A DNA stretch of 64,000 bases, taken from the NCBI GenBank assembly GCA_034423195.1, contig DAOUIZ010000034.1, positions 2,023 through 66,022 of the forward strand, given 5' to 3'. Shown here piece after piece: positions 45,320 through 54,933 of this stretch. This DNA is from Dehalococcoidia bacterium (GTDB taxonomy: Bacteria > Chloroflexota > Dehalococcoidia > Lucifugimonadales > UBA3495). The notes beneath the pieces are model-generated. The model was not told where the DNA came from. It saw nothing but the letters and a program-made list of their open reading frames with translations, and searched no databases. The position numbers and the translations under genes are program-made. Every line of letters starts with the position of its first letter. Within the stretch, counting starts at the first letter, position 1.

Positions 45320-46546
45320 ATGGACTCAGGCGATACAGCATGGATGCTGTCATCGACAGCGTTTGTCCTCTTTATGACTCTGCCGGGGCTGGCCCTGGTA
45401 TACGGGGGGCTGGTAGCCTCCAAGTCGGTCCTTTCCGTAGTCATCCAGTGTTTCGCGATCTCCGCCTTGGCCAGTGTGATCTGGCTGTCGGTGGGGTACA
45501 GCATGGCCTTCGGAGAGAGCCTGTTCTGGTTCATAGGCACCCTGGAAAACGCCTTCTTTCTAGGGATAGCGCCGGAGACAGTCCACCCAGAAACCCCCAA
45601 CCTGCCCGAGATGGTGTTCGTCATCTTCCAGATGACCTTCGCGATGATTGCTCCGGCGATAATTTCGGGCGCCTACGCGGAGCGGATGAAGTTTCCGGTG
45701 GCGCTGGTGTTCAGCGGGTTGTGGTCGCTGCTAGTGTATATTCCCATCTGCCACTGGGTGTGGGGCGGGGGCTGGCTGGACCAGATGGGGGCGATGGACT
45801 TTGCCGGAGGCCTGGTGCTGCACGCCAACGTGGGAGCGGCGGCGCTGGTGGCGTCGATAATCGTGGGCCGTCGCCTGGGGTTTCCCAACGAGATTGCGCC
45901 GCCCCACAACCCCGGGATGACGGCAGCGGGGACAGGGATGCTGTGGGTGGGGTGGTTCGGGTTCAATGGCGGAAGCCAGTTTGCCGCCGACGGCGAGGCC
46001 GGGATGGCGATTGCCGTGACCCACATTTCCGCGTCGGCCTCTGCCCTTACCTGGATGGTGCTGGAATGGGTAACGAGGCGGTACGCATCGCTGATCGGCA
46101 CGGTGACCGGCGTAATCGCCGGGCTGGCGGCGGTTACGCCGGCGTCGGGGTACATTGGGCCGATTGGTGGACTTATCTTGGGGTCGGCGGCCAGCCTGGT
46201 CTGTTTCTTCGCCGTTGGTATAATAAAGCGCAAGCTGAACATTGACGACGCACTGGATGTTTTCGCGGTGCATGGGCTGGGAGGTATCATAGGCGTGTTG
46301 CTGGTGACTTTCCTGGCATTGCCGATCTTCGGGGGCCAGGGTTATCCGGTGGAGGGGCGGGATGTCCACGTTCAGCTGGGGGTGCAGGCCCTGGGAGTCG
46401 CAGCCTCCATGGCATGGGCTGGGCTGTTCACCTTCATCATACTGAAGGTGCTGGACCGGGTCATGGGCGGGGCCCGGGTGGATGAGGAGGACGAGCTGGT
46501 GGGACTGGACCTGGCGGCTCATGGAGAACGGGGATACGACATTTAG
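45320..46546 (+). CDS. amt: Ammonium transporter (Amt family), copy 1
   Basis: MDSGDTAWMLSSTAFVLFMTLPGLALVYGG. Twin-His pore motifs DFAGGLVLHANVG and VFAVHGLGGIIG. GGAGG RBS. Confidence 0.9.
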   Translation: MDSGDTAWMLSSTAFVLFMTLPGLALVYGGLVASKSVLSVVIQCFAISALASVIWLSVGYSMAFGESLFWFIGTLENAFFLGIAPETVHPETPNLPEMVFVIFQMTFAMIAPAIISGAYAERMKFPVALVFSGLWSLLVYIPICHWVWGGGWLDQMGAMDFAGGLVLHANVGAAALVASIIVGRRLGFPNEIAPPHNPGMTAAGTGMLWVGWFGFNGGSQFAADGEAGMAIAVTHISASASALTWMVLEWVTRRYASLIGTVTGVIAGLAAVTPASGYIGPIGGLILGSAASLVCFFAVGIIKRKLNIDDALDVFAVHGLGGIIGVLLVTFLALPIFGGQGYPVEGRDVHVQLGVQALGVAASMAWAGLFTFIILKVLDRVMGGARVDEEDELVGLDLAAHGERGYDI

Positions 46547-46564
46547 GGTAAAATTGGGCGTGGG

Positions 46565-46951
46565 ATGAATGGTCCGATTCGCGCGGTGAACACCAAACAG
46601 GAGGTCGAGCTATTGAACGTAGAGAAGTGGTGGGAACGGGGAAGTTTGGTTGTAGCCACCGAAGGGCGGGTGAACGGGCTGAATGCGGCCGAGTACCGGC
46701 GCATGCTGGACGATGCTCTGGAGGAGGACAGTTCGGCGGTAGTCCTGAACTTTGAGAGGCTTTCGTACATCAGCAGCGCGGGGCTGCGGGTGGTGCTGCA
46801 AGTGGCAAAAAGTCTGCGCCGACGCGGAGCGAAATTTGCCGCGTGCAACCTGGACGGTCCGGTGTTGGAAGTGTTCGTCACCGTTGGGTTTGACCGGATA
46901 ATCCCCCTGCACGGTTCGGTGGATTCCGCGGTGGCATCATTCTCGGAGTAG
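46565..46951 (+). CDS. STAS-domain protein (anti-sigma-factor antagonist, SpoIIAA/RsbV-like), copy 1
   Basis: LSYISSAGLRVVL phosphorylatable-serine loop. 18 nt downstream of amt. Confidence 0.8.
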   Translation: MNGPIRAVNTKQEVELLNVEKWWERGSLVVATEGRVNGLNAAEYRRMLDDALEEDSSAVVLNFERLSYISSAGLRVVLQVAKSLRRRGAKFAACNLDGPVLEVFVTVGFDRIIPLHGSVDSAVASFSE

Positions 46952-46969
46952 CCTGCTCGGAGTAACCTG
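46942..46969. repeat. Near-perfect tandem duplication, 14 nt x 2 (CTCGGAGTAGCCTG / CTCGGAGTAACCTG), spanning the STAS stop codon
   Basis: Read directly. Followed by a further TAACCTG at 46973. Confidence 0.9.
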
Positions 46970-47084
46970 GAATAACCTGCCAACGCCGGTGCTGAAACGG
47001 TTCTGGAATTAACCCGGCCGCCGCCGGTGAGCGCAGATTCAGCGACTTTCATTAATTGGATGTAACCTAAACAGGATGTAATCT

Positions 47085-48248
47085 ATGCCCGATGGATTCA
47101 AGATTCTGGTAGTAGACGACGAGCCGGACCTGGAACCGCTGGTGCTGCAGCGGATGAGGAGACATATCCGGTCGGGGAAATACTCCTTCGTATTTGCCCG
47201 CAACGGCCTGGAAGCCCTGGACCTGCTTCAAGCCGAGGATGATATCGACATGGTGGTGTCGGACATCAACATGCCGCAGATGGACGGGCTGACTCTCCTG
47301 GAGCAGATCCCCAAGGTGGACCCGAATATCCGGTCAATCATCATCTCGGCCTACGGCGATATGAAGAACATCCGGACCGCCATGAACCGGGGCGCCTTCG
47401 ACTTCGTCACCAAGCCGTTGGACTTCGAGGACCTGCAGATAACCATTGACCGCACCCTGATGCACCTGACGGAGTGGCGGGATGCACTGTCGTCCCGGGA
47501 CAAGCTGGTGGCGCTGCAGAACGAGCTGGACATCGCCCAGAAGATGCAGCAGTCCATTCTGCCGACCCAGTTTCCCAAGGGAGCGGACTACGAGGTCTAC
47601 GCCAACATGGACCCGGCCCGCAACGTGGGCGGGGACTTCTATGACGTGATCCGGCTGGACAACGACTGCTTGGGGCTGGCCATTGCCGATGTTTCGGACA
47701 AGGGCGTGCCGGCGGCGTTGTTCATGATGTCCAGCCGCACCCTCCTGAAGGGATCAGCCATCGGCACCCCGGACCCGGGAGACGTGCTGGATGAGGTGAA
47801 CACGCTGCTGTGCGAGGACAACGAAGCGGAGATGTTCGTAACCCTGTTCTATGGTGTGTACGACCCCGCAACCGGCAAGTTGACCTATTCCAACGGCGGC
47901 CACAACACTCCGGTGGTCCTGCACCCGGACGGGAGTTCGGAGCTTCTGCCTCTGACCGGCGGGATTGCGCTGGGGGTGATGCCGGGAATGCCCTACGGCA
48001 CGGAGGAGATCGCTCTCCAGCCGGGGGACGCCCTGATCCTGTATACCGACGGCATCAGCGAGGCCATGAACGAGGTTAGTGAAGAGTTTGGAATGGACCG
48101 GCTGGCCGAGGTGCTGTCCCGGACGAAGACCAGGAACGCCAAGGAACTGAACGAGGAGATTTTCGCGGGTGTCAGGGAGTTTGTTGGCGACACGCCGCAA
48201 TCGGACGACATCACCTGCCTGACGATTTGCCGGAACGGGGCTGCGTAA
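47085..48248 (+). CDS. Response-regulator receiver fused to PP2C/SpoIIE-type serine phosphatase (RsbU-like)
   Basis: REC: ILVVDDEPD..VVSDINMPQMDG..FDFVTKP. PP2C: GGDFYDV...IADVSDKGVPAALFM...LYTDGISEA...DDITCL. Confidence 0.9.
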   Translation: MPDGFKILVVDDEPDLEPLVLQRMRRHIRSGKYSFVFARNGLEALDLLQAEDDIDMVVSDINMPQMDGLTLLEQIPKVDPNIRSIIISAYGDMKNIRTAMNRGAFDFVTKPLDFEDLQITIDRTLMHLTEWRDALSSRDKLVALQNELDIAQKMQQSILPTQFPKGADYEVYANMDPARNVGGDFYDVIRLDNDCLGLAIADVSDKGVPAALFMMSSRTLLKGSAIGTPDPGDVLDEVNTLLCEDNEAEMFVTLFYGVYDPATGKLTYSNGGHNTPVVLHPDGSSELLPLTGGIALGVMPGMPYGTEEIALQPGDALILYTDGISEAMNEVSEEFGMDRLAEVLSRTKTRNAKELNEEIFAGVREFVGDTPQSDDITCLTICRNGAA

Positions 48249-48667
48249 TGAGCTCGACGCTTGCGCTGAAGGTTGAAACCAGACTGGAGGAACTGCAGCG
48301 AATTGCTGCTGCGGTCGATGAATTGGCGGAGCAGGAATCGTGGCCGCCGGGGATGGCCGCACGGGTGAACCTGGTCATCGAGGAATTCGGAATCAACGTC
48401 ATGAACTACGGGTACGATGAAGGAGTCCACACCTTCGACATCAACCTGAGTTCCGATGACGGGTTGTTGACAATAGAGATAATCGACGACGGGAAGCAGT
48501 TCAATCCCCTGGAGGATGCTCCCGAACCCGATACGGAGTCGTCGATCGAAGACCGGCCAATCGGAGGGCTGGGGCTCTTTCTCGTGCGGACGATGACGGA
48601 AGACCTGCAATACCGCTGGGAAGATTCGAAGAACCATTCCACCATGGTGATGCGGATAAGCGAATGA
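48248..48667 (+). CDS. RsbW/SpoIIAB-like serine protein kinase (HATPase_c_2, anti-sigma-type)
   Basis: N-box VIEEFGINVMNYG, G1 IIDDGKQFNP, G2 GGLGLFLVRTM. The ATG overlaps the upstream stop (TAATG). Confidence 0.75.
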   Translation: MSSTLALKVETRLEELQRIAAAVDELAEQESWPPGMAARVNLVIEEFGINVMNYGYDEGVHTFDINLSSDDGLLTIEIIDDGKQFNPLEDAPEPDTESSIEDRPIGGLGLFLVRTMTEDLQYRWEDSKNHSTMVMRISE

Positions 48668-50001
48668 TCCCTCTCCGTACCCAGTTGTTGACGGCAATGC
48701 CCATGTCGCTGGTCCTGGGTGGGGCATTTCTGATCCTGTCGACAATGTTCGGCGGCCTGGGACAATTCATCCACGAAGCAGAGTCTCCCGTCGACCTCGC
48801 CCATCCGGTGGAACTGGCACAGTTCTTGGGTCAAGAAATGACCCCAACGGAGGGAGAAGCATCGGAAACCCGGGTCGGGGATGGGTCAAGTTCAGGAGGC
48901 ACCCACGGAGTGGGAAGCGACCGGGTTGTCTTTGGGCAATCGGCGGCGTTGACGGGACCGGCGGCGGAGCTGGGAACCAACATGAAGCTGGGGATAGAGG
49001 CCGCATTCCACGAGGTTAACGAAACAGGAGGCGTTCACGGGCGTCGCCTGGAGTTGACATCCCGGGACGACGCCTATGAACCGGAGGCAGCGATAGCGAA
49101 CACCCGCTACCTGATACGAGAGGAGCGGGTGTTTGCTTTGATCGGAGCCGTGGGGACCCCCACTTCGCGCTCCGCCACGCCGGTGGCCCTGGAAGCCGAG
49201 ATCCCGTATATCGCTCCCTTCACCGGCGCGGCTTTTTTGCGGGAAACGAAGTGGAAGAATATCGTGAACCTGCGGGCGTCGTACAACCAGGAAACCGAGG
49301 AAATGGTCGCCCAGCTGCACGACGGTTTGGGCTTGAACCGGATCGCGGTCCTCTACCAGGATGACTCGTTTGGAAGGGCCGGTTTCCACGGGGCAACCCG
49401 GGCGATGAACAAGCGGGACATAGAGCCGGTTTCGGTCGGCTTGTATCCGCGCAATACCCTGGCGGTCAAGACCGCTCTGTTGGACCTGAGGAGGGGAGAT
49501 CCGGAAGCGGTGATCCTGGTGGGGGCGTACAGGCCGGTATCCGCGCTGATCCAATGGGCTCGCCGCACTGGGCTTGATCCGGTCTTCATCAACATTTCCT
49601 TCGTGGGGAGCAACGCCCTGGCTCAGGAGCTGGGTCCGGCCGGGAAGGGGATATTTGTCACGCAGGTCGTTCCGTTCCCCTGGGATACATCGGTCCCCGT
49701 GGTCCGGGAATACCACAGTGCCCTGGAAACCTACTTCCCGGGGACTGAACCGGGGTTCGTATCCCTGGAAGGCTACCTGGCCGGACGGATGGCGATCGCG
49801 GGACTGGAGGCGTGCGAGACGGAGTTAACCAGGGAATGCTTCCTCCAGGCCCTCAGGGATGCCGAAGACGTGGACCTGGGGGGCTTTGGTTTGAGCTTCG
49901 GATTTGGTGACAACCAGGGCTCGGACAAGGTGTATCTCACTGCCATAGGGAGCGACGGGCAGTATCATCCCATCGAGACGCTGCGGGACCCAGTGCCATG
50001 A
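48664..50001 (+). CDS. LivK/AmiC-type (type I periplasmic binding fold) substrate-binding protein with N-terminal membrane anchor
   Basis: VVFGQSAALTGPAAELGTNMKLGIEAAFHEVNETGGVHGRRLEL..DDAYEP pattern. ATGA overlap with the kinase gene. Confidence 0.8.
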   Translation: MIPLRTQLLTAMPMSLVLGGAFLILSTMFGGLGQFIHEAESPVDLAHPVELAQFLGQEMTPTEGEASETRVGDGSSSGGTHGVGSDRVVFGQSAALTGPAAELGTNMKLGIEAAFHEVNETGGVHGRRLELTSRDDAYEPEAAIANTRYLIREERVFALIGAVGTPTSRSATPVALEAEIPYIAPFTGAAFLRETKWKNIVNLRASYNQETEEMVAQLHDGLGLNRIAVLYQDDSFGRAGFHGATRAMNKRDIEPVSVGLYPRNTLAVKTALLDLRRGDPEAVILVGAYRPVSALIQWARRTGLDPVFINISFVGSNALAQELGPAGKGIFVTQVVPFPWDTSVPVVREYHSALETYFPGTEPGFVSLEGYLAGRMAIAGLEACETELTRECFLQALRDAEDVDLGGFGLSFGFGDNQGSDKVYLTAIGSDGQYHPIETLRDPVP

Positions 50002-52445
50002 ACAGTGAAAACGATTTTCCGGGCAGCAAGTTGCTCAACCGGCTTCGCGGGCGCCTGAACAACTGGCGCCTCCAGGGCCGGGAACGGTACCGCCAGTGGC
50101 TGGAACAGGATCAACAACAACCCGCCACCGTGGAGACGGCTGTGTATGAGGATTTGCCGGAGAGTCTGGGAAGTCCTGAGCAGGGAGTACGGGAACACGC
50201 CGCACGGCTGACCGCGGAGCAGAGATCCGCCCAGGCGGCCGTCCTGGACGACCGAAGTCTGCTGCAACGGGTCCTGCACGCCAGGTTCCGGCTTTCCACC
50301 CAATTCTACATGGGTATCGGAGTGGCGGCCCTGCTGACCCTGGCCGCCAGTCTCGTTGGTTGGTTTTCCTTCGACCGGATGGGCCAAGCCCAGGACAGGG
50401 TGAACGAAAAGCACATTCCCGAAATGGCCGCCGCGTTCGAAATTGCCGAATACAGCAGTGCGCTGGTGGCGGCGGGGCCGCGCATGGCCACCGCCGAAAC
50501 GCCGGAAGATGTGGAGGTGATATACGACGGGATAGTGGCGTCACAGGGGGAGATCCAAAGCCAGTTGAACCTCCTGGGCGTGACGGATGTCGAAGATGAA
50601 CGCTTCCAGACGATCCTTGAACGCTCGGGGAATCTGATCAGCAACATGCAGGTGATTCGTACCCACAAGTTCGAACTGTTCCGGCAAGCGGAGGCCAGGG
50701 AGTCGCTGTCGGCTGACCTGGCGGAGATACGGGGCCGCCTGGATAACACGCTGGTGCCGGCTATCGACGAGCAGCTTTTCTATACCATTACGGGTTACCG
50801 GGACCTGGAGGCTGCACCAAGTGATTTCACGGCGCATTTTTCTGAGGATGAGTTGAGCCGCTACCGCTACCTGACGGAACTCCAGGCCGACGCCAACATC
50901 GCCACCGAGTTGCTGGCCAATGCCTTTACGGTGTCCGACCCGTCCTTCCTGGAACCCCTCCGTGAGCGGTTTGAAACGACCATCAACCGCATTGAACGCA
51001 ACTTGGGAGCCCTGGAAGGGTCGCCGGTCCATGAGGAGCTGGCGCCGGTGTTTGCCGATTTGGGCCGGTTCAGCCTGGGTGCGAGCAGCGAATTCAACCT
51101 GCTGGAGAGAGAGCTGCGCCTGGAGGAAGACCTGCGGGACGTTCTGTCGGAAAATCAGAGCGAAGCCGTCGCGCTGATCCAGGAAGTGGATAGCCTAGTT
51201 GTTGACGCAATGGACAGCGCCCAATCCGCAACAGTCGAATCCAGCATCGTCATACTGGAAGGCCGGACCCTTTTGCTGGCTATTACGGGCATCAGCATTG
51301 GAGGCGCGTTTCTGGTGGCCTGGCTCCTGGTGGGCAGGGTGCTGCTGAGGCGAATCCAGATGCTGTCGGACTGGATGCGCCGGATGGCGGGGGGAGAGCT
51401 GGACTCTCGGGTCGAGATTGGAGGCAATGACGAGGTTACCGACATGGCGGCAGCCCTGGAGGTCTTCCGGCGTCACGCGCTGGAGGTGCAGCGGCTCAAC
51501 CTTGTGGAGAGCCTGGCGGAAGAACTGCAGGGGAAGAACGACGAGCTTGAGTCGGTGCTCCATGACCTGCGGCGTGCCCAGGACCAGGTGGTGATGCAGC
51601 AAAAACTGGCCGCGCTGGGCGAGCTCACCGCCGGGGTGGCGCACGAGATCCGCAATCCGCTGAACTTCGTGAAGAACTTCTCCGAGTCATCCCAGGAGCT
51701 GCTGGATGAGCTGAGGGACGCGCTCAAGGAGTCGGCTGACGAACTCGACGACGAACAGCAGTCACTGATCAATGATATTACTGATGACCTGGACTCGAAC
51801 TTCGAGCGCATCCTGTCTCACGGGGAGCGGGCGAACCGGATCGTCACCGATATGCTGATGATGAGCCGGGGGGAGGCGGAATTCCGCAGCACCGCCATCA
51901 ACACCCTGTTGGATGAGCACGCCAGGCTGGCCTTCCACAGCGCCCGGGCGACGGACCCGAATTTCCAGCTTGACCTGAGGGATGACTTTGACGCCGAGGC
52001 CGGGGATATCCAGGCGATACCCCAGGACCTGGGCCGGGTCTTCCTGAACATGGTGACCAACGCCTGTTACGCCACGAACAAGAAGCGACTGGAACTGGAG
52101 GAGGCCGGAGAGACTTACTACCCGGCTCTGACGCTCGGCACCAAGCGGCAGGGGGACCGGGTCCTGGTCAGCATTCGGGACAATGGGCCCGGAATACCGG
52201 AGGAAGTGGTGGAGAAGATGTTCCTCCCCTTCTTCACGACCAAGCCGACGGACGAGGGAACGGGACTGGGCCTGGCGATTTCCAGCGACATCATCCGGGA
52301 GCACGGCGGCTTCATACAGGTAAACACCGAGCTCGGGGAATACACGGAGATGCTCATCGACCTCCCCGTGGAACCGGCCGCGGCCAGGCTGGAAGCGGAT
52401 GGGGATGGGGCCACCGTGGCGGTTTCGGAACCGGTGTCCGACTAA
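49998..52445 (+). CDS. Membrane sensor histidine kinase: 2 TM helices, about 300-aa extracytoplasmic domain, HAMP, coiled coil, HisKA, HATPase
   Basis: TM helices near aa 105 and 435. HAMP around MRRMAGGELDSRVEIGGNDEVTDMAAALEVF. H-box AHEIRNPLNF, N-box NMVTNACYAT, G1 RDNGPGI, G2 GTGLGLAIS. ATGA overlap with the binding-protein gene. Confidence 0.9.
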   Translation: MNSENDFPGSKLLNRLRGRLNNWRLQGRERYRQWLEQDQQQPATVETAVYEDLPESLGSPEQGVREHAARLTAEQRSAQAAVLDDRSLLQRVLHARFRLSTQFYMGIGVAALLTLAASLVGWFSFDRMGQAQDRVNEKHIPEMAAAFEIAEYSSALVAAGPRMATAETPEDVEVIYDGIVASQGEIQSQLNLLGVTDVEDERFQTILERSGNLISNMQVIRTHKFELFRQAEARESLSADLAEIRGRLDNTLVPAIDEQLFYTITGYRDLEAAPSDFTAHFSEDELSRYRYLTELQADANIATELLANAFTVSDPSFLEPLRERFETTINRIERNLGALEGSPVHEELAPVFADLGRFSLGASSEFNLLERELRLEEDLRDVLSENQSEAVALIQEVDSLVVDAMDSAQSATVESSIVILEGRTLLLAITGISIGGAFLVAWLLVGRVLLRRIQMLSDWMRRMAGGELDSRVEIGGNDEVTDMAAALEVFRRHALEVQRLNLVESLAEELQGKNDELESVLHDLRRAQDQVVMQQKLAALGELTAGVAHEIRNPLNFVKNFSESSQELLDELRDALKESADELDDEQQSLINDITDDLDSNFERILSHGERANRIVTDMLMMSRGEAEFRSTAINTLLDEHARLAFHSARATDPNFQLDLRDDFDAEAGDIQAIPQDLGRVFLNMVTNACYATNKKRLELEEAGETYYPALTLGTKRQGDRVLVSIRDNGPGIPEEVVEKMFLPFFTTKPTDEGTGLGLAISSDIIREHGGFIQVNTELGEYTEMLIDLPVEPAAARLEADGDGATVAVSEPVSD

Positions 52446-52553
52446 CTTCCCTCTTGGACCAGGGGCCTGGACCGGGGCTTGGGGCGCAGGCGATGTTTTC
52501 GGGGCGCTCCCGCACCTGGCGGGCAACGCGCCGGCGGGGAAGCGGAAACGGCC

Positions 52554-53492
52554 CTAGACGGGATATTCGAAGTAGGCGCTGGTGATGTGGAAGTGGAGGT
52601 CGCGACAACCCCGGTTTATCTGTTCGAGCAGTTCGTCCCGGTCGTCCCGGTCGGGCCATTCGTAATGGACCAGGGAAGCCAGTCGCCCGGCCAGCCGCCG
52701 GATGGCCTCCCCCTGCCTCGGGATGGGGCCGGTGCCGATGCGGGCAATCTGCTCTGCAATACCGTCGAGGGACCGTCCTACGGAGGATGGCAGGCTCGGG
52801 TCGGTAACGAGGAGGTCCAGGGCGTTCCCCGGCAGGACCTCGCCCCCATAACGGCGGTTGTGGGCTTCAAAGGCGTGACATAAATGCAGTAGGGTGGCCC
52901 AGTCCGCCCCGTCATTCATGGGGTCCGCGGAAATCTGGTTGAGCAGCAGCGCCGCCCATATCTGGGAGCGCTCGATGTAGCGGCCCAGCTGCATGAAGTT
53001 CCACCCATCGTCCCGGTACATGGTGGATACCGCCACGCCTACAAAAGTGTGTATCTCCGCTGCGGTCTCCTGGAAGAAACTTTCCGGGGACGTCTGCCAG
53101 ATGTCGAGGATGCCTATCTGGCGCATACGCAGGTAGGCCAGGTTCAGGCGGGTCCACATCTCGCCGCTGATGCAGTGGCGCATCTGGCGGGCATTTTCCC
53201 GGCCCTGGGAGAAGCAGCTCCATATCGAGTCGGGATTGGACAGATCGAAGGTGAGGTCGTCGGTCAGGGTGTAGGAATCGGCCAGAATGTAGTTATCCTC
53301 GCCGAACTCGAGGCTCCCGTGGGGAGGTTCCCGGTCCATGCTGCCGTAGATCCGGCTCCAGCCGAAGTAGATATCGCGGGCGGGCCGGTCCACCAGGGCT
53401 TCGACCTGGAACCGCAGCAAGTGGCACAGCAACTCGGCCCGCTCGAGGTAGCGGCCCATCCAGTACAGACCCTGGGCGCTTCTGGAGAGCAT
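52554..53492 (-). CDS. Alpha-E domain protein (DUF403)
   Basis: MLSRSAQGLYWMGRYLERAE is the hallmark N-terminus. About 310 aa, helical. Confidence 0.85.
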   Translation of the reverse strand: MLSRSAQGLYWMGRYLERAELLCHLLRFQVEALVDRPARDIYFGWSRIYGSMDREPPHGSLEFGEDNYILADSYTLTDDLTFDLSNPDSIWSCFSQGRENARQMRHCISGEMWTRLNLAYLRMRQIGILDIWQTSPESFFQETAAEIHTFVGVAVSTMYRDDGWNFMQLGRYIERSQIWAALLLNQISADPMNDGADWATLLHLCHAFEAHNRRYGGEVLPGNALDLLVTDPSLPSSVGRSLDGIAEQIARIGTGPIPRQGEAIRRLAGRLASLVHYEWPDRDDRDELLEQINRGCRDLHFHITSAYFEYPV

Positions 53493-53497
53493 GGAGG

Positions 53498-54928
53498 TCA
53501 GCCTTCCTCGTACTGTTCCGGCATCAGGACGAATTCGGGGTAGGCCTCGATGCCGAGTTCACCGGCGTCCTGCCCGAGATGTTCAACAACCGTGGAGACC
53601 CGGGCTCCGAGGGTCAGGTCAAAGCCCTTCCACAGGGCAAAGGAAACGGTGAAGGTGAAGGCCCCCACGGCACCGATTCCGGCCAGCTGCGCCACGATGT
53701 CGCCGCCCGCGACGATGCAAACGGCGAGGGTTCCCCAGATTCCGGCGAAGAGATGGGCGGGAATGGCTCCGACGACGTCGTCGATCTTCAGCACTTCGAG
53801 GAGCTTGATGCCGCCGGTGCAGACAACGCCGCCGATGGCCCCGATGATGATCGCCCAGTAGTGTTCGGTGATGTCGGGCCCGGCGGTTATGGAGACCAGT
53901 CCGGCGATGGCTCCGTTGAGCACGGCGATGAGGTCAATGCGGCCGAAGACCATGCGGGACAGGACCAGCGCGGCGATCACCCCGGCCGCCGCCGCCAGGT
54001 TGGTGTTGACCAGGACATTGGCCATGGCCACCACGTCCACGGCGCTCCCCAGGGCAAGCTGGGAACCGCCGTTGAACCCGAACCAGCCGAACCAGAGGAT
54101 GAATACTCCCAGGGTGACGGCGACCACGTTGGACGGCGTGGTAGGATTGGCGCCCCCGTCCCGGCGGAACTTTCCGAGGCGGGGCCCGACAATGATGGCG
54201 CCGGCCAGCGCGGCCCACCCCCCGGTGCTGTGTACGATGGTGGAGCCGGCGAAGTCCTGGAATCCCATCTTGTCCAGCCACCCGCCTCCCCAGGTCCAGG
54301 CGCCCACGACAGGGTAGATGAAGGCGGTCAGGAGGAGGGTAAAGAGGAAGAAGGGCCACATTTTGACCCGCTCGGCGAGGGTGCCGGACACGATGGAGGC
54401 GGTGGTGGCGACGAACACCATCTGGAAGAACCAGTCCGACATGGTGGAGTATCCGGACTCCAGCACTGTGCCAAGTCCGCTGGCGTCCCCATCGAGAAGG
54501 GCGAGTTCTTCGGGAGAGGAGCCGTAGAAGAAACGGAAGGACCCGATAATGCCCTGCACATCGACGTACATCAGGTTGTAGCCGATGATGAAGTAGGCCA
54601 GACCGGCGATGGAGTAGAGGCCGATGTTCTTGAGGCAGATCATGGAGGCGTTCTTGGTGCGGACTGAACCGGACTCCAGCATGGTGAACCCGGCGCACAT
54701 CCACATGACCATTGCGCCCCAAAGAAGGAACGAGAATGTGTTGAAGACGAAGCGAAGCTCCTCGTCGCTGGATGCGAAGGCCACGCCGGAGTGGCCGAAG
54801 AAGACTCCGACGGGCACCACTGCGGCGGCGAGGAGGAGAAGCCTGGCCCGTCGGGGCGCCAGCGCCAACCGGGTGAAAACCCCAAACGCGCGATGACTGT
54901 TCACGTTTATGCCCGGGGAATGCAGCAT
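53498..54928 (-). CDS. amt: Ammonium transporter (Amt family), copy 2, with N-terminal signal-peptide-like extension
   Basis: AGFTMLESGSVRTKN, DFAGSTIVHSTGGWAAL, AIPAHLFAGIWG. 5-nt gaps to both flanking genes. Confidence 0.9.
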   Translation of the reverse strand: MLHSPGINVNSHRAFGVFTRLALAPRRARLLLLAAAVVPVGVFFGHSGVAFASSDEELRFVFNTFSFLLWGAMVMWMCAGFTMLESGSVRTKNASMICLKNIGLYSIAGLAYFIIGYNLMYVDVQGIIGSFRFFYGSSPEELALLDGDASGLGTVLESGYSTMSDWFFQMVFVATTASIVSGTLAERVKMWPFFLFTLLLTAFIYPVVGAWTWGGGWLDKMGFQDFAGSTIVHSTGGWAALAGAIIVGPRLGKFRRDGGANPTTPSNVVAVTLGVFILWFGWFGFNGGSQLALGSAVDVVAMANVLVNTNLAAAAGVIAALVLSRMVFGRIDLIAVLNGAIAGLVSITAGPDITEHYWAIIIGAIGGVVCTGGIKLLEVLKIDDVVGAIPAHLFAGIWGTLAVCIVAGGDIVAQLAGIGAVGAFTFTVSFALWKGFDLTLGARVSTVVEHLGQDAGELGIEAYPEFVLMPEQYEEG

Positions 54929-54933
54929 ATCGG

